From positions 1 through 64,000 of IMG/VR virus record IMGVR_UViG_3300032219_002765: 64,000 bases of DNA, one strand, 5' to 3'. The notes beneath the pieces are model-generated. The model had not been told where the DNA came from. It did not search any database and saw only the letters and a list, made by a program, of their open reading frames with translations. Source of the stretch: a virus. Its lineage: Duplodnaviria > Caudoviricetes. Position 1 is the first letter of the stretch. The number at the start of each line of letters is the position of its first letter. A program made the translations under genes and the position numbers. Shown piece by piece: positions 1 to 9,482 of the stretch.

Positions 1-721
1 AGGCGCTATCTGTCATTGCATTTCCTAAAAATGCGTTGGCATATGTTGAACTCCAAACAGTACCGTTATTAGGATTTGTTCCAAACACATAATCAATTGG
101 TTGCAGTTCGCCGTTGGAGTCTGTAGTTGTAAATACTGTGGGGTCCGTGACAGCTATGCCGTCCAGAAAAAATACGTCAGCCAAATAAGCAGAAAGATAA
201 CTACTCCCAATAGTGGTCTTACCAATGCCATGAGCGTTTGCTTGGTTAATCCCGTAGTCTGTATTTTGAGTTGGATCAGAGCTTGAAGCAAACGTAGTTA
301 CTTGTACTCCGTTTACAAAAACTCTTACACGGTTTGCTGCTGTTGCTTGGGTGGTATCAAATGAAACAATAATATGATACCAGGCTGAATAATCCCGAAA
401 AAGTTGTGCAGTTTCTCTCCAGGTAGCTGAATATCCGTTTACTCGTAGTGAATCGTTGCTAGCAAAAATAACTTGGCCAAACGTCGAGTTGTTGCTTCCA
501 GTGCCACCCGAAAAAAGACATTGCTCAGCACCACCTGCACTTCTTTTTACCCAGCCAGCCCACGTCCAGATCTTACGATTACCTGGTAAAGAGGGAGTCC
601 TAGAAAGAAAAGCAGAATCTGCAGGATTATTAAAACGGAGGGACCTGCTTATCTGGTAGGCACTACTACCGCCGCCTGCAGTAGGGGTTAGTAAAAAAGG
701 ATTTCCGATTAAAATGCTCAT
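1..721 (-). CDS. tail fibre / LamG (concanavalin-A-like) domain protein, partial (runs off left end)
   Basis: Not in the ORF track because it has no stop in the window. Hand translation from ATG at 721 gives MSILIGNPFLLTPTAGGGSSAYQISRSLRFNNPADSAFLSRTPSLPGNRKIWTWAGWVKR; the SRSLRFN...RTP...NRKxWTWxGWVKR signature is typical of LamG-type fibre proteins of aquatic phages. Confidence 0.8.
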   Translation of the reverse strand, partial: MSILIGNPFLLTPTAGGGSSAYQISRSLRFNNPADSAFLSRTPSLPGNRKIWTWAGWVKRSAGGAEQCLFSGGTGSNNSTFGQVIFASNDSLRVNGYSATWRETAQLFRDYSAWYHIIVSFDTTQATAANRVRVFVNGVQVTTFASSSDPTQNTDYGINQANAHGIGKTTIGSSYLSAYLADVFFLDGIAVTDPTVFTTTDSNGELQPIDYVFGTNPNNGTVWSSTYANAFLGNAMTDSA

Positions 722-732
722 TTATATCACCT

Positions 733-1401
733 TTAACCAACAGTTCCTGAACCATAATTTAATGTAGCAACAGCATTAACGCGGCGGGGATTAGCAACAT
801 AGTAAGCCAAGATATCCACGCCGCTGGCGGTTGTCGTCAAAGTAGGTGCGGTATTTGATTGAAACGCCCAAGAACCGCTATAGGTAAGTAAACGTGTTCC
901 GGTATTATCTTGACGAACAATAATAGTGCCTGTTTGACCGCCACTAGCGTTAATAGGAGACGCTAATGTTTGTGTGCCGCTGGTAAGAACAATTTCAAAA
1001 TTATTGCCGGCGCCAAAATTTAATGTAATAACACCAGAAGCTTGAATATAAGTTGAAGTTCCAATAGCTTGTGATTGTACAATTACGGGACCAGAAATCG
1101 GACCGCCAACCTTATCGTATTTACTGCCAACTGCACTCAGAGCTGCGTTACCGGAAGCTTGAGCCGTAGCAGCACTTGCAAGTGCAGCGTTACCAGAAGC
1201 TAAAGCAGCGTTGCCGGACGCAAGAGCTTGGTTTGCAGTGTTTTGAGCAGTAACTCCACTAGCAGCAGAGGTATAACGTACGTCTAAAACACCAACGTCA
1301 ACACGTTTATTACTAGTACCAGAAGCTTGAATTACAGGAAAATAATCGCCACTAGCCAGCGTCGTAATAGCAGTAAACTGTGATATCTTTTGGCTAGCCA
1401 T
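733..1401 (-). CDS. tail fibre-associated virion protein
   Basis: N-terminal KISQFTAITTL fibre-type start; ASGNAAL heptad repeats; C-terminal QDNTGTRLLTYSGSWAF...TLTTTASGVDIL domain common in fibre genes. Confidence 0.65.
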   Translation of the reverse strand: MASQKISQFTAITTLASGDYFPVIQASGTSNKRVDVGVLDVRYTSAASGVTAQNTANQALASGNAALASGNAALASAATAQASGNAALSAVGSKYDKVGGPISGPVIVQSQAIGTSTYIQASGVITLNFGAGNNFEIVLTSGTQTLASPINASGGQTGTIIVRQDNTGTRLLTYSGSWAFQSNTAPTLTTTASGVDILAYYVANPRRVNAVATLNYGSGTVG

Positions 1402-1403
1402 GT

Positions 1404-1880
1404 TTAGGCAATCTCTAAATTAATTGTAGACCCATCTTCCTGAAGAATAGCATCTAGAAGCCCTCCAGTGCTTGTTTCCAGTAAGAAAACTGAAGTTGGG
1501 TTAGCAATAAACAGAGGTTTAGAGGTTTCAACCTCCACACCGGAAGAAGTAATTGCGCGGCCAACAATAGTTAAATAAGCGCCGTCATACGAAGTTAAAG
1601 CAAGATCAGAAGCCCAACCCGCATAAGAAACAGTTTGTCCCGAAGTAAGAATCGAAGCATATCGATATTCTCCAGGCGTTAATCCGCTCGCAGACGCATA
1701 AATATCGTCCGAATTAACTCGAATTAAAGCACCGGCAGAACCAGAATCAATAGATAGACCAACAACGGACGCTTGATCTAAGTAAACCGCAGTTGATTTA
1801 TAAAGAAATCCGCTAGAACTAACAAATACGGCGTTACCAGCCGAGATGGCTTCACCTGCTGTAAAAGAAGTAATTGCCAT
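1404..1880 (-). CDS. virion structural protein (capsid-cement/fibre-like beta protein)
   Basis: FTAGEAISAGNAVFV...VVGLS pattern; lies in fibre cluster. Confidence 0.5.
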   Translation of the reverse strand: MAITSFTAGEAISAGNAVFVSSSGFLYKSTAVYLDQASVVGLSIDSGSAGALIRVNSDDIYASASGLTPGEYRYASILTSGQTVSYAGWASDLALTSYDGAYLTIVGRAITSSGVEVETSKPLFIANPTSVFLLETSTGGLLDAILQEDGSTINLEIA

Positions 1881-1904
1881 CTCGACTTTATCAATAATTA
1901 CAGT

Positions 1905-2030
1905 TTAGCCCTTACCTTGGCCACGTGACTTTTTACGTCCGTGAGACGGTTTGCTGTGCATTCCGTCCCCTTGACAAGTTTTTTTGGGTTTTGATTCGAT
2001 TTTGCTAGTCGTGGACTTGGGTTTCGCCAT
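1905..2030 (-). CDS. small basic protein (41 aa)
   Basis: Hand translation MAKPKSTTSKIESKPKKTCQGDGMHSKPSHGRKKSRGQGKG; resembles the KKTxQGxG...KxRGQG peptides recurrent in cyanophages; below the ORF track cutoff. Confidence 0.7.
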   Translation of the reverse strand: MAKPKSTTSKIESKPKKTCQGDGMHSKPSHGRKKSRGQGKG

Positions 2031-2074
2031 GTGTTGGAAGCAACTCCATTAGCATACAGATAAAACCAAAAACG

Positions 2075-2986
2075 TCAAGGCACAGAAATGGCGACCCATG
2101 AGGACCCGTCCCACACCTTCAGGCGATTAACCGTCGTATCTAACCAACCGGCTCCAGCGGTGCTGGTACTAGCAGGTGCAGCAGCACCATAAGCAAAAGA
2201 ACGAGAGGGTCCAGTTTCGTACCATCCGCTTGAAGTTGCGTCGTATACAAATAAATTACCCATCAGGTCGTTAAACCAAAGAGATCCGTCCCGAGGAGGA
2301 GCGTTATATCCCGCACCAGATGGCGGATTCTCACCTTTATATGCAAGAGCTTCAGCATTTGTCTGATACCACGCAGGATCGGAAATACCGTTACCGCTGG
2401 CATAAACAAACAAACGGCCTTCGTTAGTGTCGAACCAGAGCGAACCCGCTGCATAGCTGGCACCCGGTGCGCCAGATACAGTGACGGAAACTCCGCCGCC
2501 TGAAGATCCTCCTGTTATACCGCTGCCGCTAATTGTTACAGTATTTCCGCTGTAACTAACGGTATTGTCGCCAGCGCCAAAAATATGGCCGGAAACAGAA
2601 TTTTGGAAAACTTGATCGTAATTAACGTTAAATTGAGTCCCGTTAACTAAATACAGACCAGAACCAGCGGTAAATACAGCGCCAGACGCCGAAGTAATTG
2701 TTGCGTTAATAACAGTAGTTGTACCGCTAGCTGTGAAATAAATGCCTGAACCAGCTTGAACAGCTGAACCGCCACCTGCGGATATACCGCTCATGGTAAA
2801 GTTCAGGTCTTCTATACACTGCACTAAACCTTCAAAGTTACTGGCGTAACCGGAAGGATCTATTGTAAAAGTAGTTGTGCCCACGCCGCTAATCGTATAA
2901 ATACATTGTACAAGTGCGTCGATCGTACCCCGAAAATTGGGTGTGTGAAAACTATGGCGACTCGGATAATGAGGACAAGCGCCCAT
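2075..2986 (-). CDS. tail fibre-like virion protein
   Basis: G/S/T-rich; repeated GSLWFDTNEGRLFVY / GSLWFNDLMGNLFVY / AGWLDTTVNRLKVW fibre modules. Confidence 0.7.
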   Translation of the reverse strand: MGACPHYPSRHSFHTPNFRGTIDALVQCIYTISGVGTTTFTIDPSGYASNFEGLVQCIEDLNFTMSGISAGGGSAVQAGSGIYFTASGTTTVINATITSASGAVFTAGSGLYLVNGTQFNVNYDQVFQNSVSGHIFGAGDNTVSYSGNTVTISGSGITGGSSGGGVSVTVSGAPGASYAAGSLWFDTNEGRLFVYASGNGISDPAWYQTNAEALAYKGENPPSGAGYNAPPRDGSLWFNDLMGNLFVYDATSSGWYETGPSRSFAYGAAAPASTSTAGAGWLDTTVNRLKVWDGSSWVAISVP

Positions 2987-3025
2987 ACTAATTATGCTTT
3001 AGTTGAGAGCCTCCTACTGTCAAGT

Positions 3026-3397
3026 TTAGCTCTTTTTAGAGTCTACTTTAATATTGTTTTGCGGGTTTTGTTTGTCTTTGTTGTATCGAGCGGAAATTCG
3101 TTTTACAGCGCTTACTGAGATATTTAAAATTCTTGCAACAGCAGAACAGCTGTTACCAATATTTAACAAATTTATAATTTCAGCTGTTTGCCAAGTTTTG
3201 GATTTGCGCGTATCAATTGCTTCTTTGATTTTGCGATATTCGAATGAAGTTGAACGTGTTGTCAGAATTTGGCGAACTCTTTCGTGCGAAATACCAACGA
3301 GCGCAGATATTGCTCGCAGGCTTTTTCCTTCTAAATAAAATTCGTAAATTTGCCTAAACCGATCTTGACGCTGTTCAAGGGTTAGTTCTGAAAACAT
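3026..3397 (-). CDS. helix-turn-helix DNA-binding protein (two HTH, sigma region-4-like)
   Basis: GKSLRAISALVGISHERVRQIL and NSCSAVARILNISVSAVKRI. Confidence 0.7.
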   Translation of the reverse strand: MFSELTLEQRQDRFRQIYEFYLEGKSLRAISALVGISHERVRQILTTRSTSFEYRKIKEAIDTRKSKTWQTAEIINLLNIGNSCSAVARILNISVSAVKRISARYNKDKQNPQNNIKVDSKKS

Positions 3398-3428
3398 TTA
3401 AAATTTTTAAATTTGGCCAACCAAGAGA

Positions 3429-3593
3429 CTATCGATTCCTGGAACGTTTGTCAAGCGCAGGGTGCTCATAGCCTTCTTCTGCTAGCTTCCAGGCAGGAAT
3501 TCCTAACTCTGCAGCGCGTTTACGGCACTCTTGCCAGAATTTAACTTCCGGATCCTCAACAACAACCTGAGGTTTAGTGGTTATAGGAGCCAT
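3429..3593 (-). CDS. hypothetical protein (54 aa)
   Basis: Hand translation MAPITTKPQVVVEDPEVKFWQECRKRAAELGIPAWKLAEEGYEHPALDKRSRNR. Confidence 0.5.
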   Translation of the reverse strand: MAPITTKPQVVVEDPEVKFWQECRKRAAELGIPAWKLAEEGYEHPALDKRSRNR

Positions 3594-3873
3594 GGATACC
3601 CCAGAAAGTTTATGTTGATATCATATTAACAGAGATTATTAAAAAAGTTAGGAAATTGCGTACTACCACGGTGCTTCTGTCGCACGCTGCGATCCAAAAA
3701 AATATTCTCAAATAAACTGCTTAACAAAAATTGCGTGCGTATTGAATTATTTAAATAAATTTAAACTTAATTTAAAAGTACTATGACACCGGGCTCCACA
3801 AGCTCAAAACACCTTAAAACTGCGATTTAATAAGCAATTTGCGTTAAGCGCTTACTGAAAATAAAAAACTTTT

Positions 3874-3902
3874 TTTAAAGGCAGGGCTGACCGTGCTATG
3901 CT
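3874..3902 (+). promoter_or_regulatory. sigma70-type promoter for the 3945-7086 operon
   Basis: TTTAAA-17 nt-TATGCT with extended TG (TGcTATGCT). Confidence 0.5.
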
Positions 3903-3944
3903 TGTGTGCGTACCAGAGCACTCAGTGACCTCAAATAATCCTTT

Positions 3945-4604
3945 ATGTCGCCCATCGACTTAATTTCGGTCTTTGGGCTTCTTGAACCCAGACCTTTACA
4001 GAATTACAACCAGACAGTTCAGAGGTCATACACGCTGGATTCCTTCGTGGTCGAATGCCATGGCGGAGTCTCCAAATTGACTTGTAAATGCCGCCGTACC
4101 GAGCCCTATGCGTTGGCTACGGAGGACTTGAGCCGATGCCACCCTCCGGGTGGTCTCTACGCTTGCTGGCTTTGTCTGAACGAACTAAAAAACGCTCGCA
4201 CACCGTCGGACCGAATAGGAGTATGGTTTGCACAGAACCGCCCCTCAATCACAAACGACCAACATTTACATTTACCTAAAGCGTTTACTCGCTTAGTAAA
4301 TACTGAAGACAATGTGATTATGAGACCACGGCGATTCGTCTACGCAAAATTTTATAACGTTGCGTTAAGCCAACGTAATAAGGTGTTATGTACCTGCGGG
4401 GATACTATTTGCGTTAATCCTTACCATATGATGCTTGCTGCTAGCCCAGCCACAAAGGTCACTCCCGAAATGAAAAAAGATGTGCATCTATGGCTTACCA
4501 AGAACATCAAATGCAGCTTGATTCGCGAGATGTTACAGACAAAATACAACAAATCGTTATCGCTAAGAACGATCACGAATTTAAAAAAATCATTGCTTGT
4601 GTAA
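3945..4604 (+). CDS. degenerate His-Me finger (HNH-like) protein with C-terminal HTH
   Basis: CGDTICVNPYHM Zn loop; catalytic His position reads VLCTC; C-terminal helical HTH-like tail. Confidence 0.6.
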   Translation: MSPIDLISVFGLLEPRPLQNYNQTVQRSYTLDSFVVECHGGVSKLTCKCRRTEPYALATEDLSRCHPPGGLYACWLCLNELKNARTPSDRIGVWFAQNRPSITNDQHLHLPKAFTRLVNTEDNVIMRPRRFVYAKFYNVALSQRNKVLCTCGDTICVNPYHMMLAASPATKVTPEMKKDVHLWLTKNIKCSLIREMLQTKYNKSLSLRTITNLKKSLLV

Positions 4605-4822
4605 ATTTCCACTCAGATTTGCTACATCTGTTAAACTTTCGACAGCCTCTATCGACACAAGAATTTATTAGTGAGATTGGAATTTCAAAGCAAAAGCTTT
4701 TACGAGATTTAAAACAACTTATAAAATATAATCTCGTTAAAAAAATTTCATTTGAATCTAATGTTCTTTACGTCATAAACGGCGATTTTAACTCTGTAAT
4801 TTTCAGAACTTTAAATCTATGA
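4490..4822 (+). CDS. winged-helix DNA-binding protein (true start probably further downstream)
   Basis: LSTQEFISEIGISKQKLLRDLKQLIKYNLV wHTH pattern. Confidence 0.6.
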   Translation: MAYQEHQMQLDSRDVTDKIQQIVIAKNDHEFKKIIACVNFHSDLLHLLNFRQPLSTQEFISEIGISKQKLLRDLKQLIKYNLVKKISFESNVLYVINGDFNSVIFRTLNL

Positions 4823-5235
4823 CTTATTCCACAGAAAACAAGCCTTGCTTGTGGGACAAAAAATATATCATTGAGAATCTGCCGTCTTGGATTTATTCAG
4901 ATAATCCTCAACCAGATTCAATTACAGAATGTAAAGCTAAGATTTCGTCTACGGAATATACAGTTCGGGATATTGATCTTCAAATTGAAGTTCGTGAATT
5001 GGAACTAAAAACAGGTAGTAGTCGCCATTCTTCAAGTTTTGACTTTGAAAAATGGCGTGCACAGGCACTGAGGGCAAAACAAACTCATTTGTACTTGTTA
5101 AACGCATACACTTACTGGTTTTTGCTGAATCAAAAAGAAGAAACTCAAGGTGAAAATGATAAAGTTAGTAAAGTCATCAAATTGCTTATTGAAGAACCAG
5201 CTGATTTTGTACAACAACTTGTAGCGTTACTTTGA
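4819..5235 (+). CDS. hypothetical protein (coiled-coil)
   Basis: ORF track; overlaps neighbours by 4 nt in operon. Confidence 0.55.
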   Translation: MTYSTENKPCLWDKKYIIENLPSWIYSDNPQPDSITECKAKISSTEYTVRDIDLQIEVRELELKTGSSRHSSSFDFEKWRAQALRAKQTHLYLLNAYTYWFLLNQKEETQGENDKVSKVIKLLIEEPADFVQQLVALL

Positions 5236-5657
5236 CTTGTTTACGTAATCAAAACCACAACAAAACTGAAACAGTTTGCGCGGATTGTCTTAAAACAATA
5301 GATAATCCGCCAGAAGAACCTGACTTAAATCTTGTAAACCCTGAGTTAAGAGCACTTTTTTCTCAGTTAACGCTACAAAACAGAGATTTAGCTGATTGCT
5401 GGAAATCTAACTACACCTATTTAACAATTGAAAAAAAACGTTTAAGAGTAGAAAACGTTTTATACGGTTTTTACAAAGGAGATATAGGAAATTACAAACT
5501 GAAGCGCATTTGCGGCACAATAAACTGTGTCAATCCTGCTCACCATCGTTCTCGATTTGAGTCAACAGACATATTTAAATCTGTACGAATCGGTTTTAAC
5601 AGGAAAACCACGCTGCTAAACGAGTTAAGCGATGCTTATTGGCTGCAACAACCCTAA
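5232..5657 (+). CDS. degenerate His-Me finger (HNH-like) protein
   Basis: DCWK...KKRLRVENVLY...LKRICGTINCVNPAHH. Confidence 0.6.
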   Translation: MTCLRNQNHNKTETVCADCLKTIDNPPEEPDLNLVNPELRALFSQLTLQNRDLADCWKSNYTYLTIEKKRLRVENVLYGFYKGDIGNYKLKRICGTINCVNPAHHRSRFESTDIFKSVRIGFNRKTTLLNELSDAYWLQQP

Positions 5658-5766
5658 AATGGGGCGCTGGCTCTTGTAAGAACGGTCTTTAGCCAGTACC
5701 GTAGGGGTGCACTCAGTTTTTACCGTTTCCTGAGTGCTGTAAACGATCTGAAATGCTTGGTACCAA

Positions 5767-6105
5767 GTGTTTTGGCGGCCCCTACATCTTTTTCCAATGA
5801 TCTCAAAAGAACTTACTGATTTACTGCGCAACATCGACACAAGTTTACAAGTAATTGCAAACTCAAGTGCCGGCAACTTAACTACTGCTTTTATAAATAA
5901 AAAAGCTATTGCTTCACGTTTAGGAGTAGCTCCTGTAACTGTAGATAAATTAATTTTTCAGGGAATTACCTCAAAAGGAGAATCGGGTTTAGTTGAAGGG
6001 CGGCATTATTGCCGATTGGACCCCACCGACGCCAACACGAGTAATTTTCTCTTCGATAGCGCTAAAGTGCTTCAGGACGCTTGGACCTCATTCACAGGAT
6101 ATTGA
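5767..6105 (+). CDS. excisionase/MerR-like winged-HTH protein (likely start 5797)
   Basis: KKAIASRLGVAPVTVDKLI...LVEGRHY. Confidence 0.5.
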   Translation: MFWRPLHLFPMISKELTDLLRNIDTSLQVIANSSAGNLTTAFINKKAIASRLGVAPVTVDKLIFQGITSKGESGLVEGRHYCRLDPTDANTSNFLFDSAKVLQDAWTSFTGY

Positions 6106-6527
6106 ACATGACCAGCAAAAACACCGTTGAAAGACTTGCCAAAGCTATCTTTGGTAAAAATGAAGTACAAAATCGTATTGCAATTAATGCCGTAAAAATG
6201 ATTATTGGCGATATAACCACGCTGTATGAGGAGTTTAGAAAAACAGAAGGACTTGGTGCTCTATTTTTTAACCCAGTCAACCCAGAGTGCAGTCACTTTA
6301 TGACGTTAAAAGATATACATACTGATGTTATTTTGGCAGAAGAAATAATGGACGATTATTTAAAAGATTTTTTAAATAAACTTATTAATGTAATTAACAA
6401 AGAAGCAGAATCTAATCAACCAATTGTTGTTATGGTTGATGAAATGTCAATGAGTGTTCATGTTATTGATCTTAATTCCGCAGAAGAACGAATTAACGAG
6501 GTGGTAAATGCCGTTAGCGGAGATTGA
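6081..6527 (+). CDS. hypothetical protein (likely start 6108)
   Basis: ORF track; operon context. Confidence 0.55.
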   Translation: MDLIHRILNMTSKNTVERLAKAIFGKNEVQNRIAINAVKMIIGDITTLYEEFRKTEGLGALFFNPVNPECSHFMTLKDIHTDVILAEEIMDDYLKDFLNKLINVINKEAESNQPIVVMVDEMSMSVHVIDLNSAEERINEVVNAVSGD

Positions 6528-7086
6528 TTTTGTATCACCGCCCAATCTGGTAGCAGTAACAACATCATTTTTTGGCGGTCAAATTGATTTAGATCCTGCT
6601 TCTAGCGAAGAAGCTAACCAACTTATAAACGCCTATCGATTTTTTACACAAATCGATAATGGATTAAATCAAATATGGAAAGCACAAAGCGTGTATTTAT
6701 ACCCGCCAAGGGATTTTTTACTTTCCAATGAACAACCGCCAGATCACGTACTGTTTAAAAGACGAAGACGGTTTCAAAAATCAGCACAACGTGTTTGGTT
6801 AGAAGAAATATTACGTAAGTACCGTCGTGCTGAATTTGAAGAAGCAATAATTTTTTTAACTTCTTCAGAAGTTGCTCTTTTAGTAACTCAAAAATTAAAT
6901 ATTGACTTACCTATGTGCATAATGAAAGAACACCCTCAATTATTACTAGATGAACCGGGATTACCTAAGTTAACAAACACAAGGTGCTTAGGTTTTATTT
7001 TATATTTACCTTCGCCAACAAATACGGAACAGAGAATTATGGAATTTACTACACAATTCAGTATTCTTGGACGGGTGTATAACTAA
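6508..7086 (+). CDS. Dam-like DNA N6-adenine methyltransferase homologue with altered catalytic motif
   Basis: IDLDPASSEEAN...FFTQIDNGLNQIW matches the phage Dam family, but the NPPY position reads YPPR. Confidence 0.6.
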   Translation: MPLAEIDFVSPPNLVAVTTSFFGGQIDLDPASSEEANQLINAYRFFTQIDNGLNQIWKAQSVYLYPPRDFLLSNEQPPDHVLFKRRRRFQKSAQRVWLEEILRKYRRAEFEEAIIFLTSSEVALLVTQKLNIDLPMCIMKEHPQLLLDEPGLPKLTNTRCLGFILYLPSPTNTEQRIMEFTTQFSILGRVYN

Positions 7087-7351
7087 GATAATTTACAGAT
7101 TCATAAGAGTCATCGGGACCAAACGTATCTTTATTACCAAAACCTACTCCCACCGGGGTTTGGCGCATTTTTGCAAAAGACCGTTCGCGACTTAATCTTT
7201 TTGTACGTTCAGCAGGACTTTCGCTCCAAACTTGCCCGGCCATTCTTATAACACTACGACTACGATACCTGTAGTCATGTTTAGCGAAGGGCGCCTCCGC
7301 ATGAAAATTTATACTACGTTCATGTTTTGATTCGCGAATCGAATCAGACAT
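7058..7351 (-). CDS. hypothetical protein
   Basis: ORF track; last gene of a minus-strand run. Confidence 0.5.
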   Translation of the reverse strand: MSDSIRESKHERSINFHAEAPFAKHDYRYRSRSVIRMAGQVWSESPAERTKRLSRERSFAKMRQTPVGVGFGNKDTFGPDDSYESVNYLSYTPVQEY

Positions 7352-7880
7352 TGTAAGTATATAAATTCTTCATCGAATCCACGTCGCTTCTAACTGTTGG
7401 GGGTTTTGAAGCCAGACTCATCGCACGTGGATCATATTGAAGGTTAAAGGCTTCGTTTTTACTAACAGCATTAAAACCTAAAATAGGAGCAGCTAAAGTT
7501 TTATACAAACGTGCTGAACTTTCTTCACTAACATCTTGCACTCCCTCTTTGTATGCTCCAGTTGAATCAAGTAAAGATTCAGTTAATTTAGAATAAGAAG
7601 GTGAATTTATAAGATTAGGTTGATAATTTTCTAGCTGAGGTTTATATTCTTTGTTTAAATTTGCAATTGTGTTATAAAAATTTGTTGTATATGTGTTAAC
7701 AGCTTCTTTTCCCGTAAGACCAAAAATCTTCTCTAAATCACTCTGAGAAGCTTCTGTCTTAGCTACGTAAGTATCAGCTCGTTCTCTAATATCTTTAGTT
7801 AATTCTTTTTGTTCCACTAAAGCTCTATCAACAGCTTGCTTAGCGGCTTCTTGGGCACGTCTTGCGGGTGATTTACCCAT
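7344..7880 (-). CDS. hypothetical virion-associated protein
   Basis: ORF track; directly downstream of the lysozyme-like gene. Confidence 0.5.
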   Translation of the reverse strand: MGKSPARRAQEAAKQAVDRALVEQKELTKDIRERADTYVAKTEASQSDLEKIFGLTGKEAVNTYTTNFYNTIANLNKEYKPQLENYQPNLINSPSYSKLTESLLDSTGAYKEGVQDVSEESSARLYKTLAAPILGFNAVSKNEAFNLQYDPRAMSLASKPPTVRSDVDSMKNLYTYNV

Positions 7881-7882
7881 GA

Positions 7883-9172
7883 TTAAAACACTGCTTGACC
7901 TTTAGCCAGTCTATCTCGAATTTGGTAACCGATGCTCATTGTTTCTGAACTTGTTGAGTTTTTACCGGGATCATAAAAATCAGCAGAAACATGAGCACCC
8001 GTCGTGGAACCTGTTCGGCCTTGTGTCCCTATAACTGTTCCGGCACCAATGACACTTCCGGGTTTTAAACCAGGATTTAACTTATCAAAGTGAGCCAACA
8101 AAACATCAAATTGTTTACCTGTTTTTGGATCTACTCCACGAATTTCAACATGATTTCCATAACCGCGTTTGCCTGGTCCTTTTTCTAAATTAGTTTCCCA
8201 ATTTTGATCGCCAACTACTTTTAAAACTTGAGCTTGGAAAGGTAATTTAAATTCTGCTCCTCTGCCCCCCGGAATAACAAAATCAAAACCGGGTTCTCCG
8301 CTAGTATCTGTTGCTGAAGTAATAACCACGCCGGGAATTGCTATTCCTTTGCCACCGGTCGGCGAAACAGACTGTGTGGGAGCTGCATTTACTGCTTGTT
8401 CCGCTTTTGCTACTTGTTGGTTATAAACAGCTTCTTGCATTTTTGCTTGAAATAATTTCTGAACCAGTTCTTCTGCTCCTGAAGAAGATGATTCCACTGA
8501 ATTTCCTGCCTCAGCTAAAGCTTTGTTTCTTAATGCATCCGCTACAGCAAGAGCATCTTCAGAATCACTAGTTTCAAGCTGGTTTGCAAGAGCTAAATAC
8601 TGAGATGTTGTACTTTCAGGAGCCGCTTGAGAGATACGTTTTACAGCAAATGTTTTGATAATGTTATCAAGAGCACCCTTGAAGTCAAAGCGAGGAAGAG
8701 GGGGAGGAGGCCCTACACTAACTGCACCAGTATCAACTACAGGAGGAGCCTTTGCGCCCAGGGCTTCTGTAAAACTAAATTTATCTGGACCAATAATTTT
8801 TGAAATATAATTTTTAGTTTCGTCTGGTAAATAGCGACCGACACTACCAGGACCGGCATTATATGCCTGTAGTGCTTTTTCGTAAGCTGATCTAACTTTT
8901 ACAGGATCGTTGCTAGATTTTCCGCCATAAGTTTTAATATAAGCTGCCATATTTCGAGCAGCGGCATCTAAAGAAGCTACTGGATCCCGAGGGTTAACGC
9001 CCCAACCACGAGCGGTAGAAGGCATTATCTGAGCAATACCTAAAGCGCCTGCTTCGCTTACTGCTCCTGGGTTAAAACCGGATTCTTGTTGAATTTGACG
9101 TAAAAAAACGTCAGGCAATAAGCCATATTTTTCGGCTTTTTGTTTAGCGATAGCGCGAAAATCAGTCGGCAT
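7883..9172 (-). CDS. lytic transglycosylase (SLT) fused to an M23-like domain; probable virion-associated murein hydrolase
   Basis: IQQESGFNPGAVSEAGALGIAQIMP and ALQAYNAG (SLT); GYGNHV...LLAHF...VIGTQGRTGSTTGAHV (M23 fold). Confidence 0.85.
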   Translation of the reverse strand: MPTDFRAIAKQKAEKYGLLPDVFLRQIQQESGFNPGAVSEAGALGIAQIMPSTARGWGVNPRDPVASLDAAARNMAAYIKTYGGKSSNDPVKVRSAYEKALQAYNAGPGSVGRYLPDETKNYISKIIGPDKFSFTEALGAKAPPVVDTGAVSVGPPPPLPRFDFKGALDNIIKTFAVKRISQAAPESTTSQYLALANQLETSDSEDALAVADALRNKALAEAGNSVESSSSGAEELVQKLFQAKMQEAVYNQQVAKAEQAVNAAPTQSVSPTGGKGIAIPGVVITSATDTSGEPGFDFVIPGGRGAEFKLPFQAQVLKVVGDQNWETNLEKGPGKRGYGNHVEIRGVDPKTGKQFDVLLAHFDKLNPGLKPGSVIGAGTVIGTQGRTGSTTGAHVSADFYDPGKNSTSSETMSIGYQIRDRLAKGQAVF

Positions 9173-9224
9173 TTTTTGCGCTGCATCTACACACGTATAA
9201 ACTAGTTTAGAGCTTATTTAAAAA

Positions 9225-9482
9225 TTATTCTTCGCTGCAACTAAGTTCTTCATCATCAAATAAATTCATATTAGTGTCTACATTTACACCTACTTCCTGC
9301 ATAACTGTCTTATAAGCTCGTTCTCGGCAAATTAATCGAAAAACTGTCGTCCATAAAAATTGATCGCGGTCTTTATTGACCAATGCGTGAGCTTTTGTAC
9401 GAATGCGTGTCAGTACAAACTCATCTTCTAACGTCAAGCCGCAGGAGACACTAGTAGACTCATCAGACATGTGAGAAGCCAT
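9225..9482 (-). CDS. nblA: NblA-like phycobilisome degradation adaptor
   Basis: LTLEDEF...QFLW...RERAYKTVM aligns gaplessly by eye with the NblA pattern LSLEQQF...DFL...RExxYxxLL. Confidence 0.65.
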   Translation of the reverse strand: MASHMSDESTSVSCGLTLEDEFVLTRIRTKAHALVNKDRDQFLWTTVFRLICRERAYKTVMQEVGVNVDTNMNLFDDEELSCSEE

